Source: Pseudomonadota bacterium (GTDB taxonomy: Bacteria > Pseudomonadota > Alphaproteobacteria > Caulobacterales > Aquidulcibacteraceae). Taken from it: a stretch of 42,688 nucleotides of DNA. The notes below the pieces were generated by a model. That model searched no databases, had not been told where the DNA came from, and worked only from the letters and a program-made list of their open reading frames with translations. The DNA is taken from positions 1 through 42,688 of the forward strand of contig JAFEDV010000468.1 of the NCBI GenBank assembly GCA_018241475.1. The letters run 5' to 3'. Shown piece after piece: positions 1-10,298 of this stretch (position 1 is its first letter; each line of letters begins with the position of its first letter). Position numbers and translations under genes: made by a program.

Positions 1-58
1 GAACATCGCCGCGCTCTACGTGGCTTCAGCGGCGGACTGGCGTCGGCAAGGCCAATGA
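1..58 (+). CDS. 3' fragment of upstream gene, possibly efflux outer-membrane factor (NodT/TolC family)
   Basis: Frame 2 reads NIAALYVASAADWRRQGQ*, with TGA 56-58 overlapping the next ATG (ATGA). Resembles the 'xALYxALGGGW' C-terminus of outer-membrane factors. Only 18 codons are visible. Confidence 0.35.
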   Translation, partial: NIAALYVASAADWRRQGQ

Positions 59-1611
59 CCGCGCCAGCCGTCGCCGGCGCGCACCCGCTGCCCTTGAACC
101 GGACGATGATCGTCGCCTCGGTGATGCTGGCGACCATCCTCACTGCGCTCGACGCCACCATCGCCAACGTCGCGCTGCCGCACATGGCGGGTTCCGTCTC
201 GGCGTCGCAGGAGCAGATCGCCTGGGTGCTCACCTCGTACATCGTGGCCAGCGCCATCTGCACGCCGATCACCGGCTGGCTCTCCGCCCGCTTTGGCCGC
301 AAGCGGCTGCTGGTCATCGCGGTGACCGGCTTCGTCGCGGCTTCGGCGCTGTGCGGCGCCGCGCAGAACCTGCCGCAAATCGTTCTGTTCCGTGTCGCGC
401 AAGGCGCCTTCGCGGCGCCGCTCATCCCGATGTCGCAAGCGCTGATTCTCGATATCTTCACATTGAGCGAGCGCGGTCCGGCGATGGCGATCTGGGGCGT
501 GGGCGTGATGGTGGCGCCGATCGTCGGCCCGGTGCTCGGCGGCTGGCTCACCGATTCCCTGAGCTGGCGCTGGGTGTTCTACATCAACTTGCCGGTGGGC
601 GTGCTCTGCCTGCTCGGCATCATGACGTTCATTCCCGACACCGAGCCGGACCGGGGTCGAAAATTCGACATTGTGGGGTTTTCGCTGCTCGCACTGGCGA
701 TCGCGGCGGTGCAGCTCATGTTCGACCGCGGCCAAAGCCAGGGCTGGCTCGATTCGGGCGAGATCATAGCGGAAGCCTGCATCGCCTTCCTCGCGCTCTG
801 GTTCTCGCTAGTACACTCGTTCACGAGCGCCAAGCCGTTCCTGCCCTTGAGCATCTTCACGGCCAGAAATTTCTCCACCGCCAGTATTCTCGGCGTGATG
901 GTGGGCGTCGTCATCCTTTCGGTCAGCGCGTTGTTGCCGACTATGTTGCAGAGCGAGTACGGCTATTCGGTGCTGCAGGCAGGCATGCTCACGGCGCCAC
1001 GCGGTTTCGGCAGCATTGCATCGATGCTGGTGGTGGGCCGCCTGATCGGCCGCGTGGACACGCGCATCCTGCTGATCGTCGGCCAGGGAATCTTCGCGGC
1101 AAGTTTCTTCCACATGAGCCTGTTCACGTTGGACACCTCCGCTTTCGAGGTGATCGCCAACGGAGTGTTCCAGGGTCTCGGTACTGGGCTGGTGTTCCTG
1201 CCGCTGACGACGATGGCGTTCGCCACGCTTGCGCCGGAGACGCGTGGAGACGCAACCAGCTTCTATACACTGATGCGCAATCTCGGCGGCAGCGCCGGCA
1301 TTTCGATCATGTTCGCGATGCTGGTGAACTTCGCCGCCGCCGCTCGCGTGCAACTGGTCGATCCCTATTCGCCCGAAAACGCGATGATCCAGCCGAACAC
1401 ATTGCCATGGCCGATGAGCATCACCGATCCTACCGGCGTCGTCGTGCTGTCGGCGCAGGTCGATCACCAAGCGTCGATGCTCGCCTACACGCAGGTATTC
1501 CATCTGATGTTCATGGTGACGCTGGCGATGATGCCGCTGGTCATGCTGATGCGCGTGCCGAAGGAGGCGCCGGCGTCGCGACGCCGCGAGCCGGCGGCGG
1601 TCGAGCACTGA
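55..1611 (+). CDS. DHA2 (EmrB/QacA) family MFS drug efflux permease
   Basis: 518 aa, highly hydrophobic; LDATIANVALP, WVLTSY, GWLSARFGRKR, GPVLGGWL and WRWVFYINLPVG motifs. Confidence 0.93.
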   Translation: MTAPAVAGAHPLPLNRTMIVASVMLATILTALDATIANVALPHMAGSVSASQEQIAWVLTSYIVASAICTPITGWLSARFGRKRLLVIAVTGFVAASALCGAAQNLPQIVLFRVAQGAFAAPLIPMSQALILDIFTLSERGPAMAIWGVGVMVAPIVGPVLGGWLTDSLSWRWVFYINLPVGVLCLLGIMTFIPDTEPDRGRKFDIVGFSLLALAIAAVQLMFDRGQSQGWLDSGEIIAEACIAFLALWFSLVHSFTSAKPFLPLSIFTARNFSTASILGVMVGVVILSVSALLPTMLQSEYGYSVLQAGMLTAPRGFGSIASMLVVGRLIGRVDTRILLIVGQGIFAASFFHMSLFTLDTSAFEVIANGVFQGLGTGLVFLPLTTMAFATLAPETRGDATSFYTLMRNLGGSAGISIMFAMLVNFAAAARVQLVDPYSPENAMIQPNTLPWPMSITDPTGVVVLSAQVDHQASMLAYTQVFHLMFMVTLAMMPLVMLMRVPKEAPASRRREPAAVEH

Positions 1612-1750
1612 TCCAATTTCTCGCAGCATCCCAACTGCGCGTTCCGGGGCGCCATCGCTCGCCTTTACAGCCCTGTAATCGAAGGGAATTTCCCGGTGGG
1701 CGGATACTCCGCCCCACGACTCGCGTTGCGGTTCTCTCCCTGGGTCTTTA

Positions 1751-1765
1751 TATCGTCTAACGATA
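1751..1765. promoter_or_regulatory. Palindromic operator candidate upstream of the ABC exporter operon
   Basis: TATCGT-CTA-ACGATA perfect 6-3-6 inverted repeat in an AT-rich patch about 30 bp before the GTG start. Confidence 0.5.
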
Positions 1766-1793
1766 AATCTTGGCGGCGATCGAGGGGCGCCCT

Positions 1794-2783
1794 GTGAACG
1801 ACAGATCCGACCAACTGCGATCGCTCAGGATCGAGCGCTCAAGCGCCGACGATCAGGGTGAAGATTCCGGCGGCGGCATGCCTCGCTGGGCGATGCCGGC
1901 CGGCATCGCCATAGCGGCGCTCATTGTCGGCGGGCTTGGCGCCTGGTTCTTGAAACCGGCGCCGCCGGCGCCGGCGCAAGCGCCGGCGGAAGCATCGACC
2001 TCCGCGGCGACAAACGCCAGCGGCTCAACCGCATCGGGCAGCCTCGTGGCGTCGGGCTACGTTGTGGCCCGCCGCGAAGCCACCGTCGCATCGGAAACCA
2101 CTGGCCGCTTGATCGAAGTGCGCGTCGAAGAAGGCCAGCACGTGCGGCGCGGTGAAGTCATCGCGGTGCTCTCGCCCACGCTCGCGCGCGCGGAATTTGC
2201 GAGCGCGCAAGCCCGCGCCGTCGCCGCCGACGCCAACCTTTCCGAAGCCCAGCGCCAACTCGAGCGCACGCGCACGCTTCGCCAGCAAGGCTTCGCCAGC
2301 GAGGCTGCGCTGACCGGGGCGCAATCGGCGTACGACGCAGCGGCCGCAACGCGCAACGCCGCGCACGCCGATGCCACCAGCGCCAGCGCGCGGCTCGGCT
2401 ATTTTCAGATTCGAGCGCCGTTCGACGGTGTTGTCGTCGACAAGGCGGCGCAAGTGGGCGAAATGATCTCGCCGCTTTCGGCTGGCGGCGGCTTCACGCG
2501 CACGGGCATTTGCACCATCGTCGACATGTCGAGCCTCGAAATCGAGGTGGACGTGAGCGAATCCTATATCGCGCGCGTGCATGAAGGGCAGCGCGTCGAA
2601 GCCACGCTCGACGCCTATCCCGATCAAACCTTTCCCGCGCACGTGATCGCGACCATCCCCTCGGCTGACCGCTCACGCGCCACCGTGCGCGTACGCATCG
2701 GCTTCGATCACCTCGACCCGCGCATCCTTCCCGAAATGGCGATCAGCGTCCGTTTCCTCGCGGACGATTCCGCGCCGCACTGA
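1794..2783 (+). CDS. Efflux periplasmic adaptor subunit (MFP/HlyD, MacA-like)
   Basis: GTG at 1794 after GAGGGG; N-terminal TM; VEEGQHVRRGEVIA, IRAPFDGVV and ILPEMAISV motifs. Confidence 0.9.
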   Translation: MNDRSDQLRSLRIERSSADDQGEDSGGGMPRWAMPAGIAIAALIVGGLGAWFLKPAPPAPAQAPAEASTSAATNASGSTASGSLVASGYVVARREATVASETTGRLIEVRVEEGQHVRRGEVIAVLSPTLARAEFASAQARAVAADANLSEAQRQLERTRTLRQQGFASEAALTGAQSAYDAAAATRNAAHADATSASARLGYFQIRAPFDGVVVDKAAQVGEMISPLSAGGGFTRTGICTIVDMSSLEIEVDVSESYIARVHEGQRVEATLDAYPDQTFPAHVIATIPSADRSRATVRVRIGFDHLDPRILPEMAISVRFLADDSAPH

Positions 2784-2803
2784 CTTGAGTTTTGGAGAGC
2801 CGC

Positions 2804-3493
2804 ATGACCGACCTCATCCGCCTAACCGACGTGGAAAAAACCTACACGCGCGGCAAAGAGAAGATCGCCATCTTCGAACGGCTTTCCATGCACATCCCGC
2901 AAGGCGACTTCATCGCCATCATGGGACCATCGGGTTCGGGCAAGACAACGCTTCTGAACCTCCTCGGCGGCACCGATCGCGTGACGCGCGGGCAGATCGA
3001 GTTCGACGGCAAGCGCATCGACAAGATGAACGAGGGCCAGCTCACCAACTGGCGGGCGCAGAATGTCGGTTTCATTTTCCAGTTCTACAATTTGATGCCG
3101 ATCCTGACGGCGGCGCAGAATGTCGAGCTGCCGCTGCTGCTCACCAATCTGTCCCAGAGCAAGCGTCGCGAAAACGTCAAGACCGCACTCAACATTGTCG
3201 GCCTCTCGGATCGCGCTCGCCACAAGCCGCGCGAAATGTCTGGCGGCCAGCAGCAGCGCGTCGCCATCGCGCGCGCCATCGTCGCCGACCCCAAGCTTCT
3301 CCTCTGCGACGAGCCGACCGGCGACCTCGACCGCACCACGGCCGATGAAGTGCTCGGCACGCTGCAACTCCTGAATCGCGACCTCGGCAAAACCATTGTC
3401 ATGGTCACCCACGACGCCGCTGCGGCCAAGTTCGCCAAGCGCATCCTGCATCTCGACAAGGGCCACTTCAACGAGCAGGAGCTGGCGGCATGA
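2804..3493 (+). CDS. ABC transporter ATP-binding protein (LolD/MacB-type)
   Basis: Walker A GPSGSGKT, signature MSGGQQQRV, Walker B LLLCDEPT, H-loop VTHD. Confidence 0.95.
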   Translation: MTDLIRLTDVEKTYTRGKEKIAIFERLSMHIPQGDFIAIMGPSGSGKTTLLNLLGGTDRVTRGQIEFDGKRIDKMNEGQLTNWRAQNVGFIFQFYNLMPILTAAQNVELPLLLTNLSQSKRRENVKTALNIVGLSDRARHKPREMSGGQQQRVAIARAIVADPKLLLCDEPTGDLDRTTADEVLGTLQLLNRDLGKTIVMVTHDAAAAKFAKRILHLDKGHFNEQELAA

Positions 3494-4656
3494 ACGACCT
3501 CACGCTCATGCGTAAGAATCTCTGGCGCAAGCCGGTGCGGACGACGCTGCTCTTGATCTCGATCATGATTGCATTCCTGCTCTTTGGCGTGCTGGTCAGC
3601 TTCAACGTCGCAATTACCGACGTGCGCACTGCGCCCAACCGCATGGTGACGCTCTCGAAGATCAATTTCACGGAATCGCTGCCGATCGCCTATTACGATC
3701 GCGTTTTGCACACCGACGGCGTGCTCGCGGCCACGCACATGAATTGGTTCGGCGGCTATTATCAGGATCCGCGACGCGGCTTCCTCGCGGTTTTCGCGGT
3801 CGATCCCGATTCCTATCTTCGCGTCTACCGAGACGATCTGCACCTGACCCCGCAGGCGCGCGAGACCTTCCTGCATGAGCGCACCGCCCTGCTCGTGCCG
3901 CGCAATATTGCGGAGCGCTATGGCTGGCGCGTCGGCCAGCACATTCCGATCAATTCGAACATCTTCACCAACGGCACGAACGGCGGCCATGTATGGGATT
4001 TCACCGTCGCCGGCATTTTCGAGACGCCGGACGGCAACAGCCAGGCCAACAGCGTGCTCATCCGCTACGACTATTTCAACGACACGATCACGTTCGGGAA
4101 AGACCGTATCGGCTGGATTTCGTTCCTGACCACGTCGGCGACGGTCAATGACCGCGTAGCGCATGCGATCGACGCGCGTTTCGCCAATTCGCAGGACGAA
4201 ACCTCGACTCAGGACGCAGCGGCGTTCAACCGTTCCTTCGCCGCCCAGCTCGGCAACATTGCGCTGGTGGTGACGCTCGTGGTCGGCGCCGCCTTCGCAG
4301 CGATCCTGCTCATCGTCGGCACGACCATGGCGCTGGCGGTCCGCGAGCGGACCAAGGAAGTCGGCGTGCTGAAGACGCTGGGCTTCTCGAGTGGGCGGGT
4401 CCTGCGCATGGTGTTGGGGGAATCGATGCTGCTGTCGCTTCTTGGCGCAGCACTCGGGCTGCTCGCGGCGGCAGGCGTGCTCTACATCTTCTCCCGCATC
4501 AACGGCGGCGGCGGCGGTGGCGGCGGACTCCACCTTTATCCGAGCGTGGTTGGCGTCTCCGCGGCGATCGCGCTGGCGCTGGGGCTGGTGACGGGGCTGC
4601 TACCTGCGCTCTCCGCCTATCGCATGAACATCATCGAAGCGCTCGGGCGCCGCTAA
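3490..4656 (+). CDS. ABC transporter permease (FtsX/MacB-like)
   Basis: One TM, large periplasmic domain, three TM; VRERTKEVGVLKTLGF motif; ATGA-coupled to the ATPase. Confidence 0.9.
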   Translation: MNDLTLMRKNLWRKPVRTTLLLISIMIAFLLFGVLVSFNVAITDVRTAPNRMVTLSKINFTESLPIAYYDRVLHTDGVLAATHMNWFGGYYQDPRRGFLAVFAVDPDSYLRVYRDDLHLTPQARETFLHERTALLVPRNIAERYGWRVGQHIPINSNIFTNGTNGGHVWDFTVAGIFETPDGNSQANSVLIRYDYFNDTITFGKDRIGWISFLTTSATVNDRVAHAIDARFANSQDETSTQDAAAFNRSFAAQLGNIALVVTLVVGAAFAAILLIVGTTMALAVRERTKEVGVLKTLGFSSGRVLRMVLGESMLLSLLGAALGLLAAAGVLYIFSRINGGGGGGGGLHLYPSVVGVSAAIALALGLVTGLLPALSAYRMNIIEALGRR

Positions 4657-4668
4657 GGAGATCGATCC

Positions 4669-5856
4669 ATGGCCTCTCTCTTCAAGCAGGTCGGCGCCGT
4701 CACCTCGATGAACGTGCGGTCGATTCCGCAGCGCGCGGCGATGTCGATCGCCAGCATCGTGGCGGTGGCGCTGGCGATCAGCGTGCTCTTGTTCTTCCTG
4801 GCTTTGAGCCACGGTCTTTCGCAGACGGTGGAGGGCTCCGGCTCGAACGATGTCGCCATCGTGCTGCGTGACGGCGCCGGCGCCGAATTGAACAGCGTCG
4901 TGACCCGCGATCAGCTCAACATCATCGCCCAGGCGCCGGGGGTCGTGCATCGTGGCCAGACGCCCATGGTTTCCGGCGAACTGCTGGTCATCGTCGACGG
5001 CAAGAAGCGCTCGACCAACACCAACGCCAATATGCCGTTCCGCGGCATCGGCCCTGAAGGCCTGGCGTTGCGACACAATGTGCACATCGTGCAAGGCCGG
5101 ATGTTCCGGCCGGGGACCAACGAAATCGTCGTCGGCGCCGGGCTGCTGCGCGAATTCTCCGGCTTCGAATTCGGGCGCACGATACGTTTGCGCGGCACCA
5201 CCTGGCAAGTGGTCGGCGTGTTCGAGGCGCCGGGCACGGTATTCGACTCCGAATTGTGGGCGGACGTGGCGGTGACGCAGAGCCTGTTCAACCGCCCCAA
5301 CGTCTTCCAGACCATGCGCGTGCAAATGACGAGCCCGGCGGCAGTGCAATCGCTGAAGCGCTTCGTGCATGACGACCCACGCTTGCAGCTGCAGGTGCTG
5401 AGCGAGCGCGAGTACTATGCGCAGCAAGCCTCGCAATCGACCAACGGGTTCACGATCATCGCCTGGTTCCTCGGCGTGGTGATGGCGATCGGCGCGCTGG
5501 CGGGCGCGCTCAACACCATGTACGCCTCGGTGGCGGCGCGCTCGGCGGAAATCGCCACGCTGCGGATCATCGGCTTCTCTGGGTATGCCGCCTTCTTCGG
5601 CACCATGGTGGAGGCGTTGATGCTCTCCGCCCTGGGCGGCGTGCTCGGGCTGGTTATCGCCTTCATCGCCTTCAACGGGCGCACGACTTCGACCTTGAGT
5701 TCGGGCTTCACGCAATTGGTGTTCAAGTTCGAGCTCTCGCCGGGGATCGTCATCAGCGCGGTTGTCGTGGCCATCATCATCGGCGTATTTGGCGGCTTCC
5801 TGCCCGGCATCCGTGCGGCGCGGGTGCGGCCGCAGCTGGAACTGGCGGCGCAATAG
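4669..5856 (+). CDS. ABC transporter permease (FtsX/MacB-like), second subunit
   Basis: RBS AAGGAG; same topology; [14 protein letters not shown] motif. Confidence 0.9.
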   Translation: MASLFKQVGAVTSMNVRSIPQRAAMSIASIVAVALAISVLLFFLALSHGLSQTVEGSGSNDVAIVLRDGAGAELNSVVTRDQLNIIAQAPGVVHRGQTPMVSGELLVIVDGKKRSTNTNANMPFRGIGPEGLALRHNVHIVQGRMFRPGTNEIVVGAGLLREFSGFEFGRTIRLRGTTWQVVGVFEAPGTVFDSELWADVAVTQSLFNRPNVFQTMRVQMTSPAAVQSLKRFVHDDPRLQLQVLSEREYYAQQASQSTNGFTIIAWFLGVVMAIGALAGALNTMYASVAARSAEIATLRIIGFSGYAAFFGTMVEALMLSALGGVLGLVIAFIAFNGRTTSTLSSGFTQLVFKFELSPGIVISAVVVAIIIGVFGGFLPGIRAARVRPQLELAAQ

Positions 5857-5890
5857 GAACGCAAGGCCGGCTGGCGGCGCTGCGCTGGCC

Positions 5891-5926
5891 TTGCGTTGCG
5901 CCGATAGTTCATATATAAACTATCCT
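5891..5926 (+). promoter_or_regulatory. Sigma70-type promoter overlapped by a 22-bp palindromic operator (probable MarR site)
   Basis: TTGCGT(5891)-17 bp-TATAAA(5914); palindrome GATAGTTCATATATAAACTATC at 5903-5924 with one mismatched pair. Confidence 0.65.
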
Positions 5927-8209
5927 ATGCGCATCGCCTGCGTCGGCGGCGGCCCCGCCGGGCTCGTCTTCGCCATCTCCATGAAGTTGCGCGATCCCGC
6001 GCATGACATCACTGTGTTCGAACGCAACGAACCCGGCGACACCTTCGGCTGGGGCGTGGTCTTCTCCGATCAGACCATGGACAATCTGCGCGCCAACGAC
6101 CCCCAGAGCGCCGCCGCGATCGAAGCCGGCTTCGCGCACTGGGACGACATCGACGTCCATATCCACGGCCAGACCATCACCTCCTCCGGCCACGGCTTCG
6201 TGGGCATCGGCCGCAAGCGGCTCTTGAACATCTTGCAGGATCGCGCCCGCGAGCTTGGCGTGCGCTTGCAGTTTCGCACCGAGATCGAAGTCGAGCCGGC
6301 GCTCTTCGCCGAATATGATCTTGTCGTCGCCAGCGACGGCGCCAACAGCAAGTTCCGCACCGCGTTCGCCAAGGATTTCCAGGTCGATATCGACATCCGG
6401 CCGAACAAATACATCTGGCTCGGCGCCGACAAAGCCTTCGCGGCTTTCACCTTCGCGTTCGAGCGCACCGAACACGGCTGGATCTGGGCGCACGCCTACA
6501 AGTTCGACGACAACGCCTCGACCTTCATCGTCGAGTGCAGCGAAGCGACTTGGCGCGCCGCGGGCTTCGACGCGATGAGCCAGGACGAGACCTGCCGCGC
6601 CGCCGAGCGGCTCTTCGCCAAATATCTCGACGGGGCGGCGCTCTCAACCAACGCCAAACACCTGCGCGGCTCAGCCTGGCTCAATTTCCCACGCATCGTT
6701 TGCCAGAACTGGTCGCGCGGCAACCTGATCCTGATGGGGGACGCGGCGCACACGGCGCACTTCTCCATCGGCTCCGGCACCAAGCTTGCAATCGAGGACG
6801 CGATAAAACTCGCGGACGTGTTGCATGGCGGCAAGCCTCTGACGGAGGCGCTCGCTGAATATCTGGCCGAACGTCAGGTCGAAGTGTTGAAGCTGCAGAA
6901 TGCCGCGCGCAACTCGACGGAGTGGTTCGAGCATGTTGACCGCTACGCCAATCTGCAGCCGATCCAATTCGCCTATTCCCTGCTCACCCGTAGCCAGCGT
7001 GTCAGCCACGAAAATCTGCGTTTGCGTGACAAGAGCTTCGTGCGCAATGTCGAAACCTGGTTCGCCGGCAAGGCGCTTTCCGACAATCCGCCCCCGCCGA
7101 TGTTCGCGCCGATGCGGTTGCGCGAGATGGAGATCGCCAATCGCGTCGTGGTTTCGCCGATGTGCATGTATTCGGCCGAAGACGGGCTCGTGAACGATTT
7201 CCACCTTGTCCATTACGGCGCGCGCGCCATGGGCGGCGCCGGGCTCCTGTTCACCGAGATGACCGACGTCAGCGCCGATGCACGCATCACCCCGGGCTGC
7301 GCCGGCATGTACGCGCCCGAACACGTCGCCGCGTGGAAGCACATCGTCGATTACGTGCACAAGCATTCGAGCGCCAAGTTCGCTTTGCAGCTCGCGCATG
7401 CCGGCCGCAAAGGCTCGACCTGCGTGCCTTGGGAGGAGGACTTCGCCGATCAACCGCTGCCGGAGGGCAATTGGGAGATCATCGGGCCTTCCGCCATCCC
7501 CTGGTCAGACCGCAACGCCGTTCCCCGTGCAATGACCCGCGCCGACATGGATCGCGTCACGGCAGACTTCGTGCGCGCGACGCTGATGGGCGAGGAAGCC
7601 GGTTTCGACATGCTCGAACTGCATTGTGGCCATGGCTACCTGCTCTCCTCCTTCCTGACGCCGCTCAGCAACCAGCGCACGGATGAATATGGCGGCAACA
7701 TCGAGAACCGACTGCGCTATCCGCTGGAGATCTTCGAGGCGATGCGGGCGGTGTGGCCAAAGCACAAGCCGATGAGCGTGCGCATCTCCGCTACGGATTG
7801 GCATGAGGATGGCGTCACTGCGGAAGACTCCATCGCCATCGCCCAGGCTTTCGCCAATGCCGGCGCCGATCTGATCGATGTGTCGGCAGGACAAACCTCC
7901 GAACTGGCGCGGCCCGTGTATGGGCGAATGTTCCAGACTCCGTTCTGCGACAGCATCCGCAACGAGGGCCATGTGCGCACCATGGCGGTCGGCAACATTT
8001 TCGAGCCGGACCACGTCAATTCCATTCTGGCGGCCGGGCGCGCCGATCTTTGCGCGCTGGCGCGCCCGCATCTGGTCGATCCGTTCTGGTCGATGCGCGC
8101 CGCCGCGGAGCTTGGCTGGAATGGCGTTGAAGCCCCGAAGCAATATCGGCAAGGTTATGCGCAAATGAAACGCAACATAGCGCGCAGGGAAGCGGAACTG
8201 AAAGCATGA
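5927..8209 (+). CDS. abmA: Bifunctional anthraniloyl-CoA monooxygenase/reductase (salicylyl-CoA 5-hydroxylase family)
   Basis: Real start [12 protein letters not shown] (FAD binding); [18 protein letters not shown]; C-terminal OYE-like domain ([29 protein letters not shown]). Confidence 0.92.
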   Translation: MRIACVGGGPAGLVFAISMKLRDPAHDITVFERNEPGDTFGWGVVFSDQTMDNLRANDPQSAAAIEAGFAHWDDIDVHIHGQTITSSGHGFVGIGRKRLLNILQDRARELGVRLQFRTEIEVEPALFAEYDLVVASDGANSKFRTAFAKDFQVDIDIRPNKYIWLGADKAFAAFTFAFERTEHGWIWAHAYKFDDNASTFIVECSEATWRAAGFDAMSQDETCRAAERLFAKYLDGAALSTNAKHLRGSAWLNFPRIVCQNWSRGNLILMGDAAHTAHFSIGSGTKLAIEDAIKLADVLHGGKPLTEALAEYLAERQVEVLKLQNAARNSTEWFEHVDRYANLQPIQFAYSLLTRSQRVSHENLRLRDKSFVRNVETWFAGKALSDNPPPPMFAPMRLREMEIANRVVVSPMCMYSAEDGLVNDFHLVHYGARAMGGAGLLFTEMTDVSADARITPGCAGMYAPEHVAAWKHIVDYVHKHSSAKFALQLAHAGRKGSTCVPWEEDFADQPLPEGNWEIIGPSAIPWSDRNAVPRAMTRADMDRVTADFVRATLMGEEAGFDMLELHCGHGYLLSSFLTPLSNQRTDEYGGNIENRLRYPLEIFEAMRAVWPKHKPMSVRISATDWHEDGVTAEDSIAIAQAFANAGADLIDVSAGQTSELARPVYGRMFQTPFCDSIRNEGHVRTMAVGNIFEPDHVNSILAAGRADLCALARPHLVDPFWSMRAAAELGWNGVEAPKQYRQGYAQMKRNIARREAELKA

Positions 8210-8961
8210 GTGAGGGCCGGCACGCATTCATCACCGGCGGCGGCTCCGGCATCGGCCTCGCTGCCGCGCATGCGCTGGCGGCAACCGGCGCGAAACTCAC
8301 GCTCGCCGGAAGAAACCTCGAAAAGGTGAGCGCTGCAGCCGACGAATTCGAATTCGCGCATGCCGTCGCGTGCGACGTCACCGATGAAGCCAGCGTCGAT
8401 GCCGCGTTCGACGCTGCGCGCGATCGCTACGGGGCCGTCGACATTCTCATCAACAATGCCGGCCAGGCGCCCTCCGCGCCGTTCAAACGCACGACGCTGG
8501 AATTCTGGAACAAGGTGCTGGCGACCAATCTCACTGGCGCCTTCCTCTGCACACACGCCGCGCTGCCAGACATGCTCGACCGCAAATGGGGCCGCATCGT
8601 CAATGTCGGCTCGGTGTGTTCGCTCAGGGGCTACGCCTATGTGAGCGCCTATGTCGCGTCCAAGCACGGCTTGCTTGGATTCACGCGCGCGCTGGCGCAT
8701 GAGACGGCGAAGCAAGGCGTCACCGTCAACTGCGTCTGCCCCGGCTATGTCGACACGCCGATCATCGCCGAATCGGTCGAGCGCATCAGGGAGAAGACAT
8801 CGTTGAGCGCCGAAGAAGCGCACGCCTCGCTCATCCAATTCAATCCCATGGGCCGAATCATCGCGCCGGAGGAAGTGGCCTCGGCCATCGCCTATCTCTG
8901 CACGGATGCAGCAGCGTCGATCAACGGCGCCGCGCTGCCGATTACCGGGGGCGAGATTTGA
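8206..8961 (+). CDS. SDR family oxidoreductase (3-hydroxyacyl-CoA dehydrogenase-like)
   Basis: [17 protein letters not shown]. Confidence 0.9.
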   Translation: MSEGRHAFITGGGSGIGLAAAHALAATGAKLTLAGRNLEKVSAAADEFEFAHAVACDVTDEASVDAAFDAARDRYGAVDILINNAGQAPSAPFKRTTLEFWNKVLATNLTGAFLCTHAALPDMLDRKWGRIVNVGSVCSLRGYAYVSAYVASKHGLLGFTRALAHETAKQGVTVNCVCPGYVDTPIIAESVERIREKTSLSAEEAHASLIQFNPMGRIIAPEEVASAIAYLCTDAAASINGAALPITGGEI

Positions 8962-9024
8962 CGACCGTTTGCAGGTTGGAGCGCGCGGCTCCGCCGCGCT
9001 CCCGCTTTCGAAGCGTGGCGACCA

Positions 9025-9483
9025 ATGGCTGACGCGCGCGATTCCATACGCCTTTCGCTCCGGCTCATCGCGACGAGCCGGCTGATCGAACGCGAAGTGG
9101 ATTCGCTGATGCGGGCGCGCTTCGGCGCCACCATAGCCCGCTTCGATTTCCTGTCGGCTCTCGATCGTCATGGCGCGCTGACGCTCGGCGAAGTGTCGCA
9201 ATATCTGCTCGTCTCTAACGGCAACGTCACCCAGCTGCGCACGCGACTCCTGGAGGACGGTCTTATCGAGACTGAAGCCGATGAAAACGATCGCCGCGTC
9301 CAGCGCGTGCGATTGACGCCGCGCGGGCAAGGCGTATTCAACAAGATGGCCAAGGCGCACGCGGCCTGCGTCGATCGCCTGCTCGGCGATGTTTCGCCGG
9401 CCGGCAAACAGGCGCTGACGCGGCTGCTCGATGACGCCAAGACCTCGATCCGCCGCAAGCTCGAATTGGAGGCGACGCCATGA
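9025..9483 (+). CDS. MarR family transcriptional regulator
   Basis: 152 aa; VSNGNVT recognition helix, DRR wing, LTPRG. Confidence 0.92.
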   Translation: MADARDSIRLSLRLIATSRLIEREVDSLMRARFGATIARFDFLSALDRHGALTLGEVSQYLLVSNGNVTQLRTRLLEDGLIETEADENDRRVQRVRLTPRGQGVFNKMAKAHAACVDRLLGDVSPAGKQALTRLLDDAKTSIRRKLELEATP

Positions 9484-10298
9484 TCAACGACGCGTGGAAG
9501 GCGGCGGACTACCGCGCCGAACACTTCTTGTGGAGCGTCGAGGATCGCGTCGCCAGCATTACCCTCAATCGGCCCGAGCGAAAAAATCCGCTGACCTTCG
9601 AGAGCTACGCCGAACTGCGCGATCTGTTCCGCCGCCTGACCTATGCCGATGACGTGCGCGCTGTGGTGATCGCCGGCGCCGGCGGCAATTTCTGCTCCGG
9701 CGGCGACGTCCATGACATCATCGCCCCGCTCACGAAGATGACAATGCCCGAACTGATGCGCTTCACGCGCATGACGGGCGATACGGTGAAGGCGATGCGC
9801 GGCTGCCCGCAGCCGATCGTCGCCGCCGTGGAAGGCGTGTGCGCGGGCGCCGGCGCGATCCTCGCCATGGCGAGCGACGTCCGCTTCGCTTCGGCGACGG
9901 CAAAGACGGCGTTCCTGTTCACGCGCGTGGGGCTCGCGGGCTGCGACATGGGCGCATGCGCGCTCCTGCCGCGCCTCGTCGGCCACGGCCGCGCCCGCGA
10001 ACCCCTTTACAGCGGCCGCGCCATGAGTGCGGAGGAAGGCGCGGCTTGGGGCTTTTTTAATCGTGTTGGGGATAAGCCGCTCGATGAAGCCCGCGCGTTC
10101 GCCCACGACCTCGCGCATGGCCCGGCCTTTGCGCACGCCATGACTAAGAACCAACTTAACATGGAATGGAATATGAGCCTCGAGCAGGCGCTCGAGGCCG
10201 AGGCGCAAGCGCAGGCCATCTGCATGCGGACCAAGGATTTCGAGCGCGCCTACGCGGCATTCGCATCGAAGCAAAAGCCGGTGTTCGAGGGCGATTGA
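9480..10298 (+). CDS. Enoyl-CoA hydratase/isomerase family protein
   Basis: [30 protein letters not shown]. Confidence 0.92.
   Translation: MINDAWKAADYRAEHFLWSVEDRVASITLNRPERKNPLTFESYAELRDLFRRLTYADDVRAVVIAGAGGNFCSGGDVHDIIAPLTKMTMPELMRFTRMTGDTVKAMRGCPQPIVAAVEGVCAGAGAILAMASDVRFASATAKTAFLFTRVGLAGCDMGACALLPRLVGHGRAREPLYSGRAMSAEEGAAWGFFNRVGDKPLDEARAFAHDLAHGPAFAHAMTKNQLNMEWNMSLEQALEAEAQAQAICMRTKDFERAYAAFASKQKPVFEGD

Noticed and set aside
1-57. Frame-1 read-through (EHRRALRG...) suggesting an EmrA-EmrB fusion
   Set aside because: It uses rare codons (CTA, AGG); frame 2 has typical codons and ends in an ATGA overlap
5762-5926. N-terminal extensions given by the ORF track (abmA, ligase, hutG, aguA, feoA and others)
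   Set aside because: They overlap neighbouring genes or promoters; family-typical N-termini begin at the downstream starts used above
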